A DNA stretch of 63,704 nucleotides, counting the filler, from Collodictyon triciliatum (lineage: Eukaryota): assembly GCA_043381765.1 (NCBI GenBank). It is 7 parts of 7 records of this genome, joined end to end, with 100 filler letters (N's around TTAATTAATTAA, not from the genome) between each part and the next. Parts side by side here need not be neighbours in the genome. Positions count along the whole stretch, not along the records: positions 1 to 10,861 come from JBHJMP010002545.1; positions 10,962 to 21,818 come from JBHJMP010002546.1; 5 more parts are not named here. One strand, given 5' to 3'. The first letter of the stretch is position 1; the number at the start of each line of letters is the position of its first letter. A program made the translations under genes and the position numbers. The notes beneath the pieces are model-generated. The model saw only the letters and a program-made list of their open reading frames with translations, was not told the DNA's origin and did not search any database. This document shows positions 1-18,041 of the stretch, piece after piece.

Positions 1-185
1 TAAAAAAGATAAAAAAGATAAAAAAGATAAAAAAGATAAAAAAGATAAAAAAGATAAAAAAGATAAAAAAGATAAAAAAGATAAAAAAGATAAAAAAGAA
101 AAAAAGATAAAAAAAGATAAAAAAAGATAAAAAGAGATAAAAAGAGATAAAATGAAAAGAAAAGAAAAGAAAAGAAAAAGAAAGG
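1..185. repeat. (GATAAAAAA)n / (GAAAA)n microsatellite at contig start
   Basis: Tandem units directly visible. Confidence 0.95.
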
Positions 186-229
186 AAAATGGAAATAGAT
201 GTAGTTTTCAATCTCGAAGGAAAGATCCA

Positions 230-428
230 AGAGCAGACACAGAAGCGGAGTTGTGCCTGCAGAAAATGTGAGCGGACATGTCGCTATTTCGCTGTAAGCA
301 CGCTGACCTGCCCAAGCAGGAGAGGACAAAGTGCAGACGATGCGATGAAGCCCTCTTGTCATGGCGCTGTACTGAGTCCCTCGAACGCTACTTACATCAA
401 TCAACTCGTTCCGGTTGCCTAGTTGCAT
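230..428 (-). CDS. Possible first exon(s) of a gene divergent from INTS1 (MQLGNRNELID|...), product unknown
   Basis: ATG at 428 in a GC-rich island, followed by a GTAAGT donor and a pyrimidine-rich CTGCAG acceptor near 257-261; no recognisable domain; contig ends downstream. Confidence 0.25.
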
Positions 429-640
429 GTCCAAGTTGTGGGCGGAGCTGGATGAGTCTCGCCCAACAATAAAGTCTTCCCCCTCAGCGCCACGTCCGGC
501 CCTTTCTCAGCAAACACTTTAAGACACCGGGCAAATCCCGATCGAACTGAATAGGAACCGTCGCCAATAACGCAACAGCCTCTAAACTTATCACACTCAC
601 AGGTTAAAGCAGCTCGCGCAGGGGTTTTCAGGCGCAAACA

Positions 641-3600
641 ATGACCGACACAGCCCAAAGGTCGAAAGCAGGGGGTAAGTCAAGAGCATTCTCACTCTCA
701 TTTTCGCAGCCCCTTCTTGGTGATCCTGTGTGTATGCGCGTGTTTGGTTTTCACCACCAAACTTCACGCTGATATCAACAAAGACACACAGGCCTTTTAC
801 GAGGCCGTCGCGAGAGAGGCCGGCGTTGGTAATGGGGCTCGGGTCACAGAGCTTCTCGTTCACGCGCTTAGCCATCTCGTAGATTCTGGGCCCTTCCCAG
901 ACAAAAGGCTCTTTGCCACGCTTTCTTTAATTGCCTTGGAATATCCTCGGTTGTTCCACACACCAGAGGTTGTTGAGGTTCGTAGCAGCCTCTGCCAATG
1001 TGTCATTTCCTTTCACAAAGCCACTTTTAAACTCTGACAGATGGGCTGTTGTGAATGCAATTTGTGTTTGATGATGCATTACACTCAGCTAACTTACATA
1101 CAGAAAATGACGTCCATTCTCAAGATCGAGGGTGCCGCACTCAAAAATCTGAGATGCGTGCAGCAATTTTCAGTAACAATGCTGGCTCGGTTGTATGAAG
1201 AAGATGATGATTGGCCTATCCAGTTTGTCCATGCATACCTTGAAGACTGTTCGAAAGACCGGTCCTGGGTTGATGAAGATTCATCTCAGACCTTTGTGCA
1301 AAACATCATGACTGCGTTCATGGTAAATTCCTTATGATGTTTTTTTTTTTATTAGTTTCAAGGTGTGTTTGTTTGTTTGTTTGTTTGTTTGTTTGTTTGT
1401 TTGTTTGTTTGTTTGTTTGTTTGTTTGTTTGTTTGTTTGTTTGTTTGTTTGTTTGTTTGTTTGCATGTGCACGCTAAAATAGATACCACATACGTCTGCT
1501 ATCAAGCCGCTAAAGAATAATCCTGAAGAAGAAGCCCCGGTTTCAAATGAGAATCCAAGCAAGTATGGATGCAATTCTTAAAATGAAAATGAATACATAG
1601 GCAATACGTTATGTACATCTTAAGAAAGATATACATATAGGGATGTGTCAGTCAATGAAGGTTTTTTATGCGAATCTGAATCACCAGAATCCAGTGATGT
1701 AGAAGAAATTGAAATCGACCCACCCGTATCTGTCGTAGGTAAGGGTAGCGACATATAGCAGATCTTTCTAGCCTCCCACTATATTGTACTTGTATTTTGT
1801 TCTATATGATATTATTTCGTATTTGATTTTTCACAATTTAGAAGAAATTAAGAGTAATTACCTCATTGTAAATTGATTATGAATCTGTAAATTACCAAAC
1901 AGTCCAGCTTGAGTCTTTCCAGGACAATACATTCATACCCGCGGCCCAGTACAGCAAGGAACCATCTCTAAGGAACCGATATAGCTTGTCTATGATAAAG
2001 ATAGCCAAGGATGCACTAACACAGAAAATTGTGGCAGCATTATCACTGCCAATTGATTCACAGAAATCTGTGATATTACTAATCAAAGATACCATATCCA
2101 TACCCGAATGCAAACAATATGCAGTAAAATCAATAGAAGGCATTGTTTTATGATATCAATTTTATATTACTATATTACTTTAATTTACCAAAGCACCTTT
2201 CATATTTTTTTAAAAGAAAGGTATCACTAATAAAACGAATTAAAATACCATTTAATAATGACTTAGTATTAAGTATTTTATAATATTCCTCTCAATTCTA
2301 TTGAATTTATAGGGTGGGCTTTTAATTACATGTGTTCAAAAAATGCCACGACGTTGTTCCCAGTTCTGTGTAAATCGCTCAAAGAATATACGGAAGAAGT
2401 ACTTCTCCTCGGATTGATAGCCTTGAAATATTTTCTGCCTCATTTTACTGATTTCTTGATTTATAATACTAATGAATAACCTTTTGGAAGAATATTCCAC
2501 TCTTTCTCGTTCTTCTGCAACTTAGAATGAAACCCAGACGCAAAGAATGGATCATAGAGCATTTAAATGAGCTCATGCAACAATCACCAGAGTATTTATC
2601 CCTCGGTACGTCTCTATTCCCTTTCATTAATTGTAAAATCGATTCGATTGCATCTTAACTCCCACCCTTATGAAGTATATCTGCATGAAATAAAGAACAC
2701 AAATAGACCAAACAAACCAAACCAAACCAAACCAAACCAAACCAAACCAAACCAAACCAAACCAAACCAAACCAAACCAAACCAAACCAAACCAAACCAA
2801 ACCAACAAAAAAGAAAAGAAGACATAAAGTCAATAAGGATGCACGATCTATTACTATACTTAACGCTCATCAAACCAATTGTATACATATTGCATATAAA
2901 AAAAACTCTAAATACAAGAGGATTGTAAATGTATAGCCTTCCGAAAGGTCTTCGAGATGGAACACGGTTTCATCTCAAGCCGCCAACTTCAATCGGCCGG
3001 AGTAATGGACAAGCATCTATCCAATTTATTCTCCACCCTAGACAGTAAATCACGAATATATTATAAAGATGAACGATCCTATTTGTATTGCAGCTTCCAC
3101 TTCTTTACATACTTTACCAATATTACTTGGCCAAAANNNNNNNNNNNNNNNNNNNNNNNNNNNNNNNNNNNNNNNNNNNNNNNNNNNNNNNNNNNNNNNN
3201 NNNNNNNNNNNNNNNNNNNNNNNNNNNNNNNNNNNNNNNNNNNNNNNNNNNNNNNNNNNNNNNNNNNNNNNNNNNNNNNNNNNNNNNNNNNNNNNNNNNN
3301 NNNNNNNNNNNNNNNNNNNNNNNNNNNNNNNNNNNNNNNNNNNNNNNNNNNNNNNNNNNNNNNNNNNNNNNNNNNNNNNNNNNNNNNNNNNNNNNNNNNN
3401 NNNNNNNNNNNNNNNNNNNNNNNNTACTGTAGTTTCTCGAGGGCAATTTTAAATTTGGCTCACTCTGCATAGAAATCCAAGATGACATTGTGCGTAAGAT
3501 ATGCCTTGGTTTGATGGAGACTCATCCAGGATTAATAGACTTTCTCCGATCAAAAATGCAACCAGAAGTAAAATATATATCCCAAATCAATCATGTGAAT

Positions 3601-6600
3601 TCGTAATCGATTAACTAAAAATCCAACATGGCCAAAATTATTCAAAGGCATATACCATATTCAAACCATGCAGGATGCTCTAAATTGGATACAGTTTATA
3701 TTCGAGCTAATCATCCAAACTATACTTGCCGGAGCTCCTCCAATAATCACAGAAAACAATCCAGGTTAGTAATATGATATTTAGTCGTCCTACATATATG
3801 TCCTTTTTTAACTGTTGAGTTATGATTTATAATATTTTTTTTATTTCTCATTAATTTCTATATCCTTACTTAAGCTGTACCAATCATGAGTTAAAAAATG
3901 CATCACGTTAGAAATATTTAAAACTGTTTTATTATAAGGAGTTCAGCAACTGACCAAGATTGATATGTTCTGGAAATACCAACAGCAAGTATCAGCTGTC
4001 ATCGTACGTTTCTTCCCTTATGACTTATATTTTCTTATGCCTACGTGCTCTTCTGGTCACCCTTTTAAATAAAAAGTAAATAGCCCATATCACTTCCATC
4101 GAGGTAGTCCCGAGGTATTACATGGGTCAACGAAATGTTCTCTATTTATTCGGGAGATTATGAAGTCGACCGACTCTACAACATGATCGGCAAGATGCTC
4201 TTCTTAGAAATGCCAACCCTTCAAAAAAATGCTGATGTAGTTACCCTCCATTTGTTATATCTTACATGATAAATAACTATGCTTTTTATTTTCATTTTCC
4301 CTCAGTCCAAAAACTCAACTCATAATCAATCACAAAACAATATTAGATATCATTGCAAGAAAAAGACCGAAAAGTCGCAAAGTTATTGGTTGATGAAGTC
4401 ATGATAGGAGGAGATATTATCTTGTCCTTGTTGTTTATAATTAATACGCAATCATCACTTCAGAAAGCATTTTTCTTGGAAACTGTTGAGAAAGTCCTAG
4501 AAAGAAACGGAAAAATTCAAACGAAAGTATTTTTTTTTTTTTTTTATGCTCTCCATGATGCTTGCTCACAAATTAATGTTCAAGAACAAAAAAAAATAAA
4601 ATAAAAAAAATAACGAAATATGCAAGCTGGAAATGTGTTATAGTCCATATACATATGTCCATTTCTTTCGTTTACCTTATCATATGCACAAGTATTCGAG
4701 GAGAGTTCATAACCTCAACACTCATGAACCACACACTAGGTTAACTTTCCGGACTCCATCATGAAAGTTGATAATGAATTGGTAGTTAATTGGGTGCTTG
4801 ATTTGTCGACCATACAAACACCTATGATTGATACTATTCTCGCTTCAAAAGATATGTTCTGGAGAAGTTGTATAATTTGTTTGGTTTTGATTTCTTACAA
4901 TCCTGAGGTCCTTGGAGGGGTACATTTCTAACGGATGATGATTTTTATATATAAAAAATGTTCATAGAGGAATATACTATCATCTCTATACATTTCTTTT
5001 GCATTTTATGCAAATTATCCAAAATACCAAGAAACTTATGTATGTGTATAATTGTATTCTGTTAGTCCAATCACGTCGATATTTTGGAAAATTACTCACA
5101 TTTAACTATTATAGTATGCTTGGAAAAATATACCTACACTTAAATTACTAATTGAAGAGGTCATCACGAAAGTCTATTCACCAGAAATGATAGATCCACA
5201 ATACAAGGTCAGTTGAAATATATTCCTGTCTTTCAGTTAGCTTTTTTTTCACTAAATTTTTAAAATTACGGAACCAAGGAAGTTGAAGCTCAAATAAGAA
5301 GACAAGAGGTTGATGCTATACTTGATACAGAAAGATGTCAACTTAAGGGTGAGGACAAGAATTTTTTTGATTTTTTTGAAAAAAATTACACGCTATTTTA
5401 AAAGCAATATGTTAAATCATTTTATAATAATTTTCTCTGAAAGCTAACGGAATGGAGTCCATGGTCGATTCCATTCAAGAGTCAAACAGTCAACTCTTAA
5501 GTCAAGTACAGTTTCGTCTATTCTTCTAAATCATTTTTATATTCATATTTGAATCGAATAAAGGAATTATATATGTAAAAAAAAATATTTTTTTTTAGAC
5601 TTGCATATGTATGTGATTTAAAGAACCTATTAAAACATGCAGTTGATGATCTACGATCCATCACAACATTGTCGATGCCCGCCTCCCAGTGTCGCAGAAA
5701 AACTAAAGCGAACATTTGATGACTCTCCATTAACTAGAAAGATAAGCTCTTGTCGATCCCCTCGTAATTTTTTTCTCCGTAATTCATACTTGAAAATAAA
5801 ATAAAATAAAATAAAATAAAATAAAATAAAATAAAATAAAATAAAATAAAATAAAATAAAATAAAATAAAATAAAATAAAATAAAATAAAATAAAAATCA
5901 AAGTGACCTGAAGAACATCATTAGGCAATTTATTTAGAAGGAGAGATAATTCTCAATTCGACGCCTGCATAACTAGAACCTTCGAATCTTCCTGAATAAG
6001 CATCTGAATTCTTTTACTATAGCATTTCTTGTGGAAACCCTTAAGAAACAGGACATGAAGATATCCCGTATCTGGCTTGTACCTTTGATTCAGTCCAATT
6101 CAGATTTGCTCTCTGCCTTGGACAATAGCTACATGTTCGGTCTCATGAGATCCTACTTTATGGAGAAGCGAGTGCGTCTTACGCTATTCTTCATTTTTTT
6201 TTTGTACGAATAAAATAGGGTTTCTACCATACACTCAAGATGGATTTGATAGTCTAAATACCATTTACATAATCTCTGTATAGCCCGACCCCACATTCCC
6301 AATAACAAACTTGGTCGCCATAATGAAGCAGAGGTTTCTGTTTAACGAAGGAGGGCGTCTTCCTAGAGATTTAGTCACAATACTATTAAAAAACTTGCAT
6401 TCAGGGTAAAGACAGTAGCATATTAATATAGCTTTTCATTTTGCGTAGACTTTTTGATGGTATTTGCAATAGTGGGATGTATATACAAAGAAAAATTCAA
6501 GGGATTTGTTTTTCACATAATTTATGACCCCGCATCAAGATATGACGCTGTCAGAGAATCGTCTATTAAGTGCTTTAGTCAGATATTCTCTGGGGATTCA

Positions 6601-9600
6601 TGGTAATCATCATTTTATAATGTTGAAATGCCCTATATATATTTATTATTGCCTGATCTTTATTTACCTTTTCTTTTAAAAATAATTATATGACTTCTTA
6701 CTTCAATACCATGCCAAGAAAACTCTGTTGTTTGAAATTTGTATTGTATTTTTATAACATCTATTTTAAATCATGTAAATTGCCGGAATATTTTATTCAG
6801 TGTATCTTTTGACGGCATTGTCCGCGAGGTTGAATGGGTATGGAATCTTAGGAGCAAGGTGTATGAACATTCAGAAGACATGATTGCTTACTTTAAAGCA
6901 GTCTCGAAGGCAACACAAGTCGAAAAAAATGCACTCTTGGTCGAGTCTTATATCCGCATAATCAGCGAATTAAGTCCATCAGACATTTTGTTTTTTCCAA
7001 TTTCCATAGAGATTGCAAAAATGGTCACCTCCAGATGTATAATGATACCTAAGCTACTCCAATTATCTCCAAGCTCGCTTCATAATCTCACAGTCATATT
7101 TTCAGTTTCATGCAAGACTATTTTGGTAAGCATGAACAAAAGTTATTAAGCATGTATTTTTGCACCTCATAATTATTTTTACCCTACCACAATTAGTTCA
7201 ATTTTAAATAAGTCTTCACAATAGGATACGTTGCGTTTGCAACAAAAGCTTACTCTCGAGGAGGAAGCTTACAAACTCCATGATGCGGTGCTAGAAATAT
7301 TATGCAGAATAGATGATTCGATAGGAAGTGTTGGTGAGAATCGGGTTACATTTTTTAGTTTTGAAAAATTAACATCGCATACACGGTTCAAAACTTGACT
7401 GATTTTTCTCTTTATTACTTGCTAGTACTTTTGATTTTTTTAATTTAATCATCATCTTCACTTATTCTTTTGAATCTCCTTACTGACCACTATTTTCATT
7501 ATACCTTTAGAAATCGATACTTTAATTACGTACGTGGAAGAGATAAATCTGTTGAGGAAAGCAGAGGCTCGTGAATTACATAACGAAGTGCTATCAAAAA
7601 TGCTCGGATGTCGCCACTGTCGAATTAAACAAGCAGCATTAAATATGATGGATAAGCAAGGCATACTTCAGAATTTTCTTGGCTATGGAATACACCAAAA
7701 TTCAATAGAGTCATTGATGAAACAAGTTATTGATATTCAAGATGTATCGGAATCGTTGGTGCGTACCCGAATTAAAAATCGAAGCAAATTAGTCACGGCA
7801 AGATGCGAAAAACCAATTGACATGATGCAGGACGACGAATTCGGTTACTCAGCTAATGAAGTTCGTGCAAAATTAGCAACCATTAAGGCACAACGAGAGG
7901 AGAGTGGAAAGCATAAAGTAAAAGTAGTTCAGGCCTCCAAAAACTATGCCATCATACACAGTAGGATAGCTGGGCATGTCGATGTAGAACCTGTTGACAT
8001 GCAAACGAACCAATCATTGATTTTCCCAGCATTAAGGCAACACAGGGAAATCAAACGTACCATAGAGCAGGTACCAGTCAGAGTTGAATCAATCTCGAAG
8101 TTGTTATCAAAAAGGTACTGTGTCAATCAACATGCCATCCTCGATGAAGGATACGATTCAATGACAGATTCAAATACCCTTCTGTCAGTAACCTCACTTT
8201 CGAGTGTCCATGCAGAAAGATTTCTGGGCAATTATTACGCCAGCTTGACTCACCGTTCTGATAAAAATCAGATATTTTTTGAGTATCTAATAAATGGGCT
8301 TAAGGAAGAAAATATTCGGTCATACACTGGACTGTTGTTAGATTGGATTTGTTATATTCTGCCCTCTTTTGATGATTCTGATTTGATCAGCAGATGCTTT
8401 CGGCCAAACGAATTGAAGAAAGGGGCTGCAACCACTACATCAGAATGTCTTTTTCATAACCTCAGCTGGAAAATGCTACATTCCCTATGTCACGTATTAT
8501 TAACGTCCAACCCAGAGGTGAGCGGTTTGATGTGGTTATCCTTATGATATTTTTTTTTATTTTTTTTAGTAAGTACTAACCATTCAAAATTTGCGTTTTT
8601 CTTGGTTTATTTTGATTTTATGTATCATATATTAAGCACGATTCAATATAACAGGCGGTGTCGGTGGAGTTTGTTGTTGAGTTTGTACGTTCTTTAATGA
8701 GACATCCAAAATCCTGGTTCTGTTTCATATCTTCTGCGGAGACTGGAGGAGAAGATATTCACCATGAAAATCCTTCAACAACATATGATGTCGACATCAA
8801 CCAACTCAGGCACCTTGCAAAATTGGTAAGCACAGAAGTTTCGAAAGGAAATTCACTACTGATTGGACCTTCATTGGCTTTAATACTCGACTCTCTAAGC
8901 GCAAAACCAGAAAATACAGTCGTTCTCTACGTAAGATGACATACTTACCCATTCTTATGTATCTCACAATTAAATTCAGAATATCTGATGGCCATATCCT
9001 TTATTAATTGTTTCTGTACCCTATGATTATATGCCAAAAAGACTTTTTCTTTTTAGAACATTAAATGTAATTTCAAGTTTTCATTTCCAACCAAGTCTCT
9101 GTCACTTTTTTTTTTTTTTTTTTAATGAAAACATACAAAACTGAATTACGATGAGCAGAGCTTTTTCTCGCATGACTTCTCCCATGATGGAATGAAATCA
9201 AAAAATGAGGAGCTTTTGAGGAATTTCTTTGCTCATTTACATTTTGCATATCCTCATCTTTTTCGTGACTCATTCTTTGAGAACCAAGTATATCACCAGA
9301 TGACTTTCAGCTCCCAGGTAAATTTTTTCTTCCCATATCCCCCTTTTTTCCCTTTTTACTACCACGGTATATAATTTTCCCTTCAGATGTCTTATTTACA
9401 GTGATGTAATATACTATACAGATGGATTGGATTGTTCACAAAGCGATGAAGGGGTTATCCCATTCGGATACGAGCCACAAATACTTTCTCATGTGCAAAA
9501 TAATGGCAACAGAATATCCCGTCATTTTTATAAGGTGTGTTTCGCAATAAAAAAAAATGGTATAGTAATTCTTGAAGCAATTTTCTCGACCTGATATAAT

Positions 9601-10724
9601 TTATTTGTTTTGACTAGACACTTTCACATGCTCGTCTCGATTCTTCGGAGCAAATCAACACTTAAATTCGATGAATTTCTGCAAAATTCTGCCGAAGTTG
9701 TATGTGAATGTATTGTTCAATTGCTGGATTGTTTGAGGCCACACGTCTACAAGGTATATGTCCTTCAAGAATCCCAAATTTGAAGGAAATACAATAGTGG
9801 GTACATTTATTTTTGGACAGAAGCCAATACGATGAAGTAACCAAAAACCAAAATCTAAGTACCGATGGAAGAATTAAGGCGATGAGCATAATTAAATTTT
9901 TCATAAAATATTTCTTATATCAAGTTTTTTTCCCTTTTATTCGGTTCAAAGATTTCTTCTATCAAGTTATCATACCCCCCTTGTATATCTGAATTGATTT
10001 AATTGATTTAATTTTATCTTTTAGCTGTCTCAGCTTGGAGATATGATTGAAGTTTTTATGAACGTCCTGGATAACATTGAGCTGTTTCATCCAAACTTGA
10101 ATCAATTCATTAGCCGATTTGCTGATTTTGCCTGCACCTTATTAGTGGAATCAAATACACGAATCGTAGACAACAAAGACACTCTAATGCAAGATATCAA
10201 ATTAAAAAAATACATAATATATAACACTTTTGTGAGTAACACGGAAGAAAATTTTATGTTTTTTTTTAATACAACTACAGAAAACTGCAGCGTTTGTACC
10301 CGGATATTAAGAAAATAGGGCTACTCATAAAGTTGATTTCAAATGAGCAAACTCAAATATTAAGAGTTCATCCACCAGGCTTGGAGCCTACGAAAGTTCG
10401 AACAATAAGGGATATACTTGTTCCATACGGCGGAAATATCGATAGCATCACCAGAATTTTACAAGATGTAAGTCTTAAAGTTTGTTAACTCACTTATATA
10501 TTTCTGCTGCTTTTGCCATTTATTTCGTCCTTTTCATGTTCACAAGAATCATTAATAATTTTGGCGTAATGTGAACTACAGATTGACCGCGAAACAGCTC
10601 GTGTACCAATCATCATGCAGCAGCTGGTTCCCTTCTTACTCACAGTTTTGCCGTCCTATCGCAGTGAAGAGATGATTAGAACAGGCACAAAATTGATCAT
10701 GAGGCACCTTCGCCTGAATGCACG
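641..10724 (+). CDS. INTS1: Integrator complex subunit 1, multi-exon, 3' end lost at contig break
   Basis: Spliced exons give WPIQFVHAYLEDCSKDRSWVDEDSSQTFVQNIMTAF, ECKQYAVKSIEGWAFN and CKIMATEYPVIFIRHFHMLVSILRSKSTLKFDEFL...LLDCLRPHVY, resembling metazoan INTS1 (WPEIFVKVYIEDSLGERIWVD; HPLLLLRHLPMIAALLHGR). ATG at 641, intron 675-783. Internal N gap at 3137-3424. Confidence 0.88.
1366..1462. repeat. (GTTT)n intronic microsatellite
   Basis: Directly visible. Confidence 0.95.
2715..2805. repeat. (AAACC)n intronic microsatellite
   Basis: Directly visible. Confidence 0.95.
5793..5897. repeat. (AAAAT)n intronic microsatellite
   Basis: Directly visible. Confidence 0.95.
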
Positions 10725-10762
10725 GTAGTGATGACTTCTCTTCAATGTTCGAGCGCAATACT

Positions 10763-10861
10763 GAAAAAAGAAAAAGAAAAAGAAAAAGAAAAAGAAAAAG
10801 AAAAAGAAAAAGAAAAAGAAAAAGAAAAAGAAAAAGAAAAAGAAAAAGAAAAAGAAAAAGA
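10763..10861. repeat. (AAAAAG)n microsatellite at contig end
   Basis: Directly visible. Confidence 0.95.
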
Positions 10862-10961
10862 NNNNNNNNNNNNNNNNNNNNNNNNNNNNNNNNNNNNNNN
10901 NNNNNTTAATTAATTAANNNNNNNNNNNNNNNNNNNNNNNNNNNNNNNNNNNNNNNNNNNN
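10862..10961. other. Artificial contig linker N44-TTAATTAATTAA-N44
   Basis: Identical 100-nt spacer occurs six times; core has stop codons in all six frames. Confidence 0.97.
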
Positions 10962-11059
<98 letters not shown>

Positions 11060-11160
11060 GGATGGATGGATGGATGGATGGATGGATGGATGGATGGATG
11101 GATGGATGGATGGATGGATGGATGGATGGATGGATGGATGGATGGATGGATGGATGAATG
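10962..11160. repeat. Compound (ATAG)n(ATGG)n microsatellite
   Basis: Directly visible. Confidence 0.95.
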
Positions 11161-11223
11161 AAAGGAAAAGGAAAAAAGGACATATAAAGTGCCAGGTGAA
11201 AACCTAGCGATTTTTATGGGTAC

Positions 11224-11724
11224 CTGCGAGTCCCAACTCCAGCCTTCACTATTCGCCCACAGACTCCTCAGCAACGGAGAAACAGAGTCCGTGAACGCTT
11301 TGCTTTCAAGATCATTGCCGCTACCCACAGAGACAGGAATACCACTAGCCTCCAGCAAAGACGTAGCCCAGGGCGCTGCAATACCGAATGTCCCCACCAC
11401 CACAAAGACTTCAGTGTTTGAAATGATCAGCTTAGCGCCTTTTTCTTGGCCTTCCTTGCCAATTCCAACCGAGTTGTTTCTTCCTGTCGAGAAGGCTTCT
11501 CCAGCTCCTTTGTGAACTGCTTCCCTCCGCGAGTCAGGCGCAGGGTTGCCTTTGATCGCGGTGCCCAACTTCTCAAGCGCAGAAACCGAAGGCAAGCTCC
11601 GTTCACTCGCTCGCCAATATGCCGTGGCCCAAAGTTGGAAGGCCACATACAGGCCGATCATAATCAAGAACTGATGTTTCAAAAGAAAGCGCCGCGGCTG
11701 GTTACCCCGACCGGTTGTCTGCAT
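11224..11724 (-). CDS. First exon of a type II membrane (Golgi-type) protein, weakly sulfotransferase/glycosyltransferase-like; remainder lost at contig break
   Basis: Short basic N-tail, single TM ([19 protein letters not shown]), low-complexity stem, then [35 protein letters not shown] donor at 11223. Confidence 0.6.
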
Positions 11725-12009
11725 CCTTGCAGAGCTTGAAGAATAATATTAGTCTTCTTTTACTTTACTTTTTAGCTTGGTTTTTGCTATCGTCAGGTAA
11801 GATCTTGACACTTTTGTCTTGAAAATGATTCAGTGTGTCAGAGGGATACAAAACAAAGAACGGTATTAAAGTGCGACACACACATATATACGAAATAGTT
11901 GGTGGTGTGAGTGCGTCTATGGGGAAATCATCCCAGGTGAAGATATGTTTAGGATGGGGAGCATTCTTTATTGTGCTTGTTTGCAGTAGGTCAGGATATC
12001 AGAATTCTT

Positions 12010-17254
<5,245 letters not shown>

Positions 17255-17642
17255 TTTTTTATTTTATTTTTTTGTAGAATTGAATTATCTACTGTTTCCT
17301 ACTTTAAAATTTTATAATAGGTTTATTAGACATATATATCAATAAACATCAATGTATCATCACATCCCAATTGAAATAAACTTTTTTTTAAAAAAAAAAA
17401 GTACAGCCTCGATTTCTTTCATTAGTTGTGTATATATGAGTAAAGATTAGAATTAAAAAAATGAGAATAAAATCCCCTGACTCATTGTAAGGTATTTGTA
17501 TCAGTGCCTAAAAGATAGAAAAAGAGAAAAAGAGAAAAAGAAAGAAAAAGTAAGGTCACAGTGGAAAATCTAGCTTTTTGGATTACCATTTGTGAAATCG
17601 ATATCATATTTCTATGAATTTTTTTTGTCATACTTCTGTCTC

Positions 17643-17944
17643 TCCAATCCTACCACGAACATTAAACCCTTAATCCAGAGTTCGTGAAGGTTGGACCCCT
17701 TTCCGCCTTAGTCCACAGCCAGAATGGAAGATTCCGATGGTAATCCTTTCTCGTTTTTTTTTTTATTCTTCCTTTCAACTTTTTGTGCAGGACCGAGAGG
17801 GGGTGTTGGCTTTGGTTCGCTAGCTATGGTAATCCTTTCTCATAGTGCGAACAATAAACATATTTGTCTTTTGAGACCCCAATATCCTCTCCTTACAGAT
17901 AATCACCACATCTCCACACGCAGCCAGCCAGGATGAAAGCTTCG

Positions 17945-18041
<97 letters not shown>

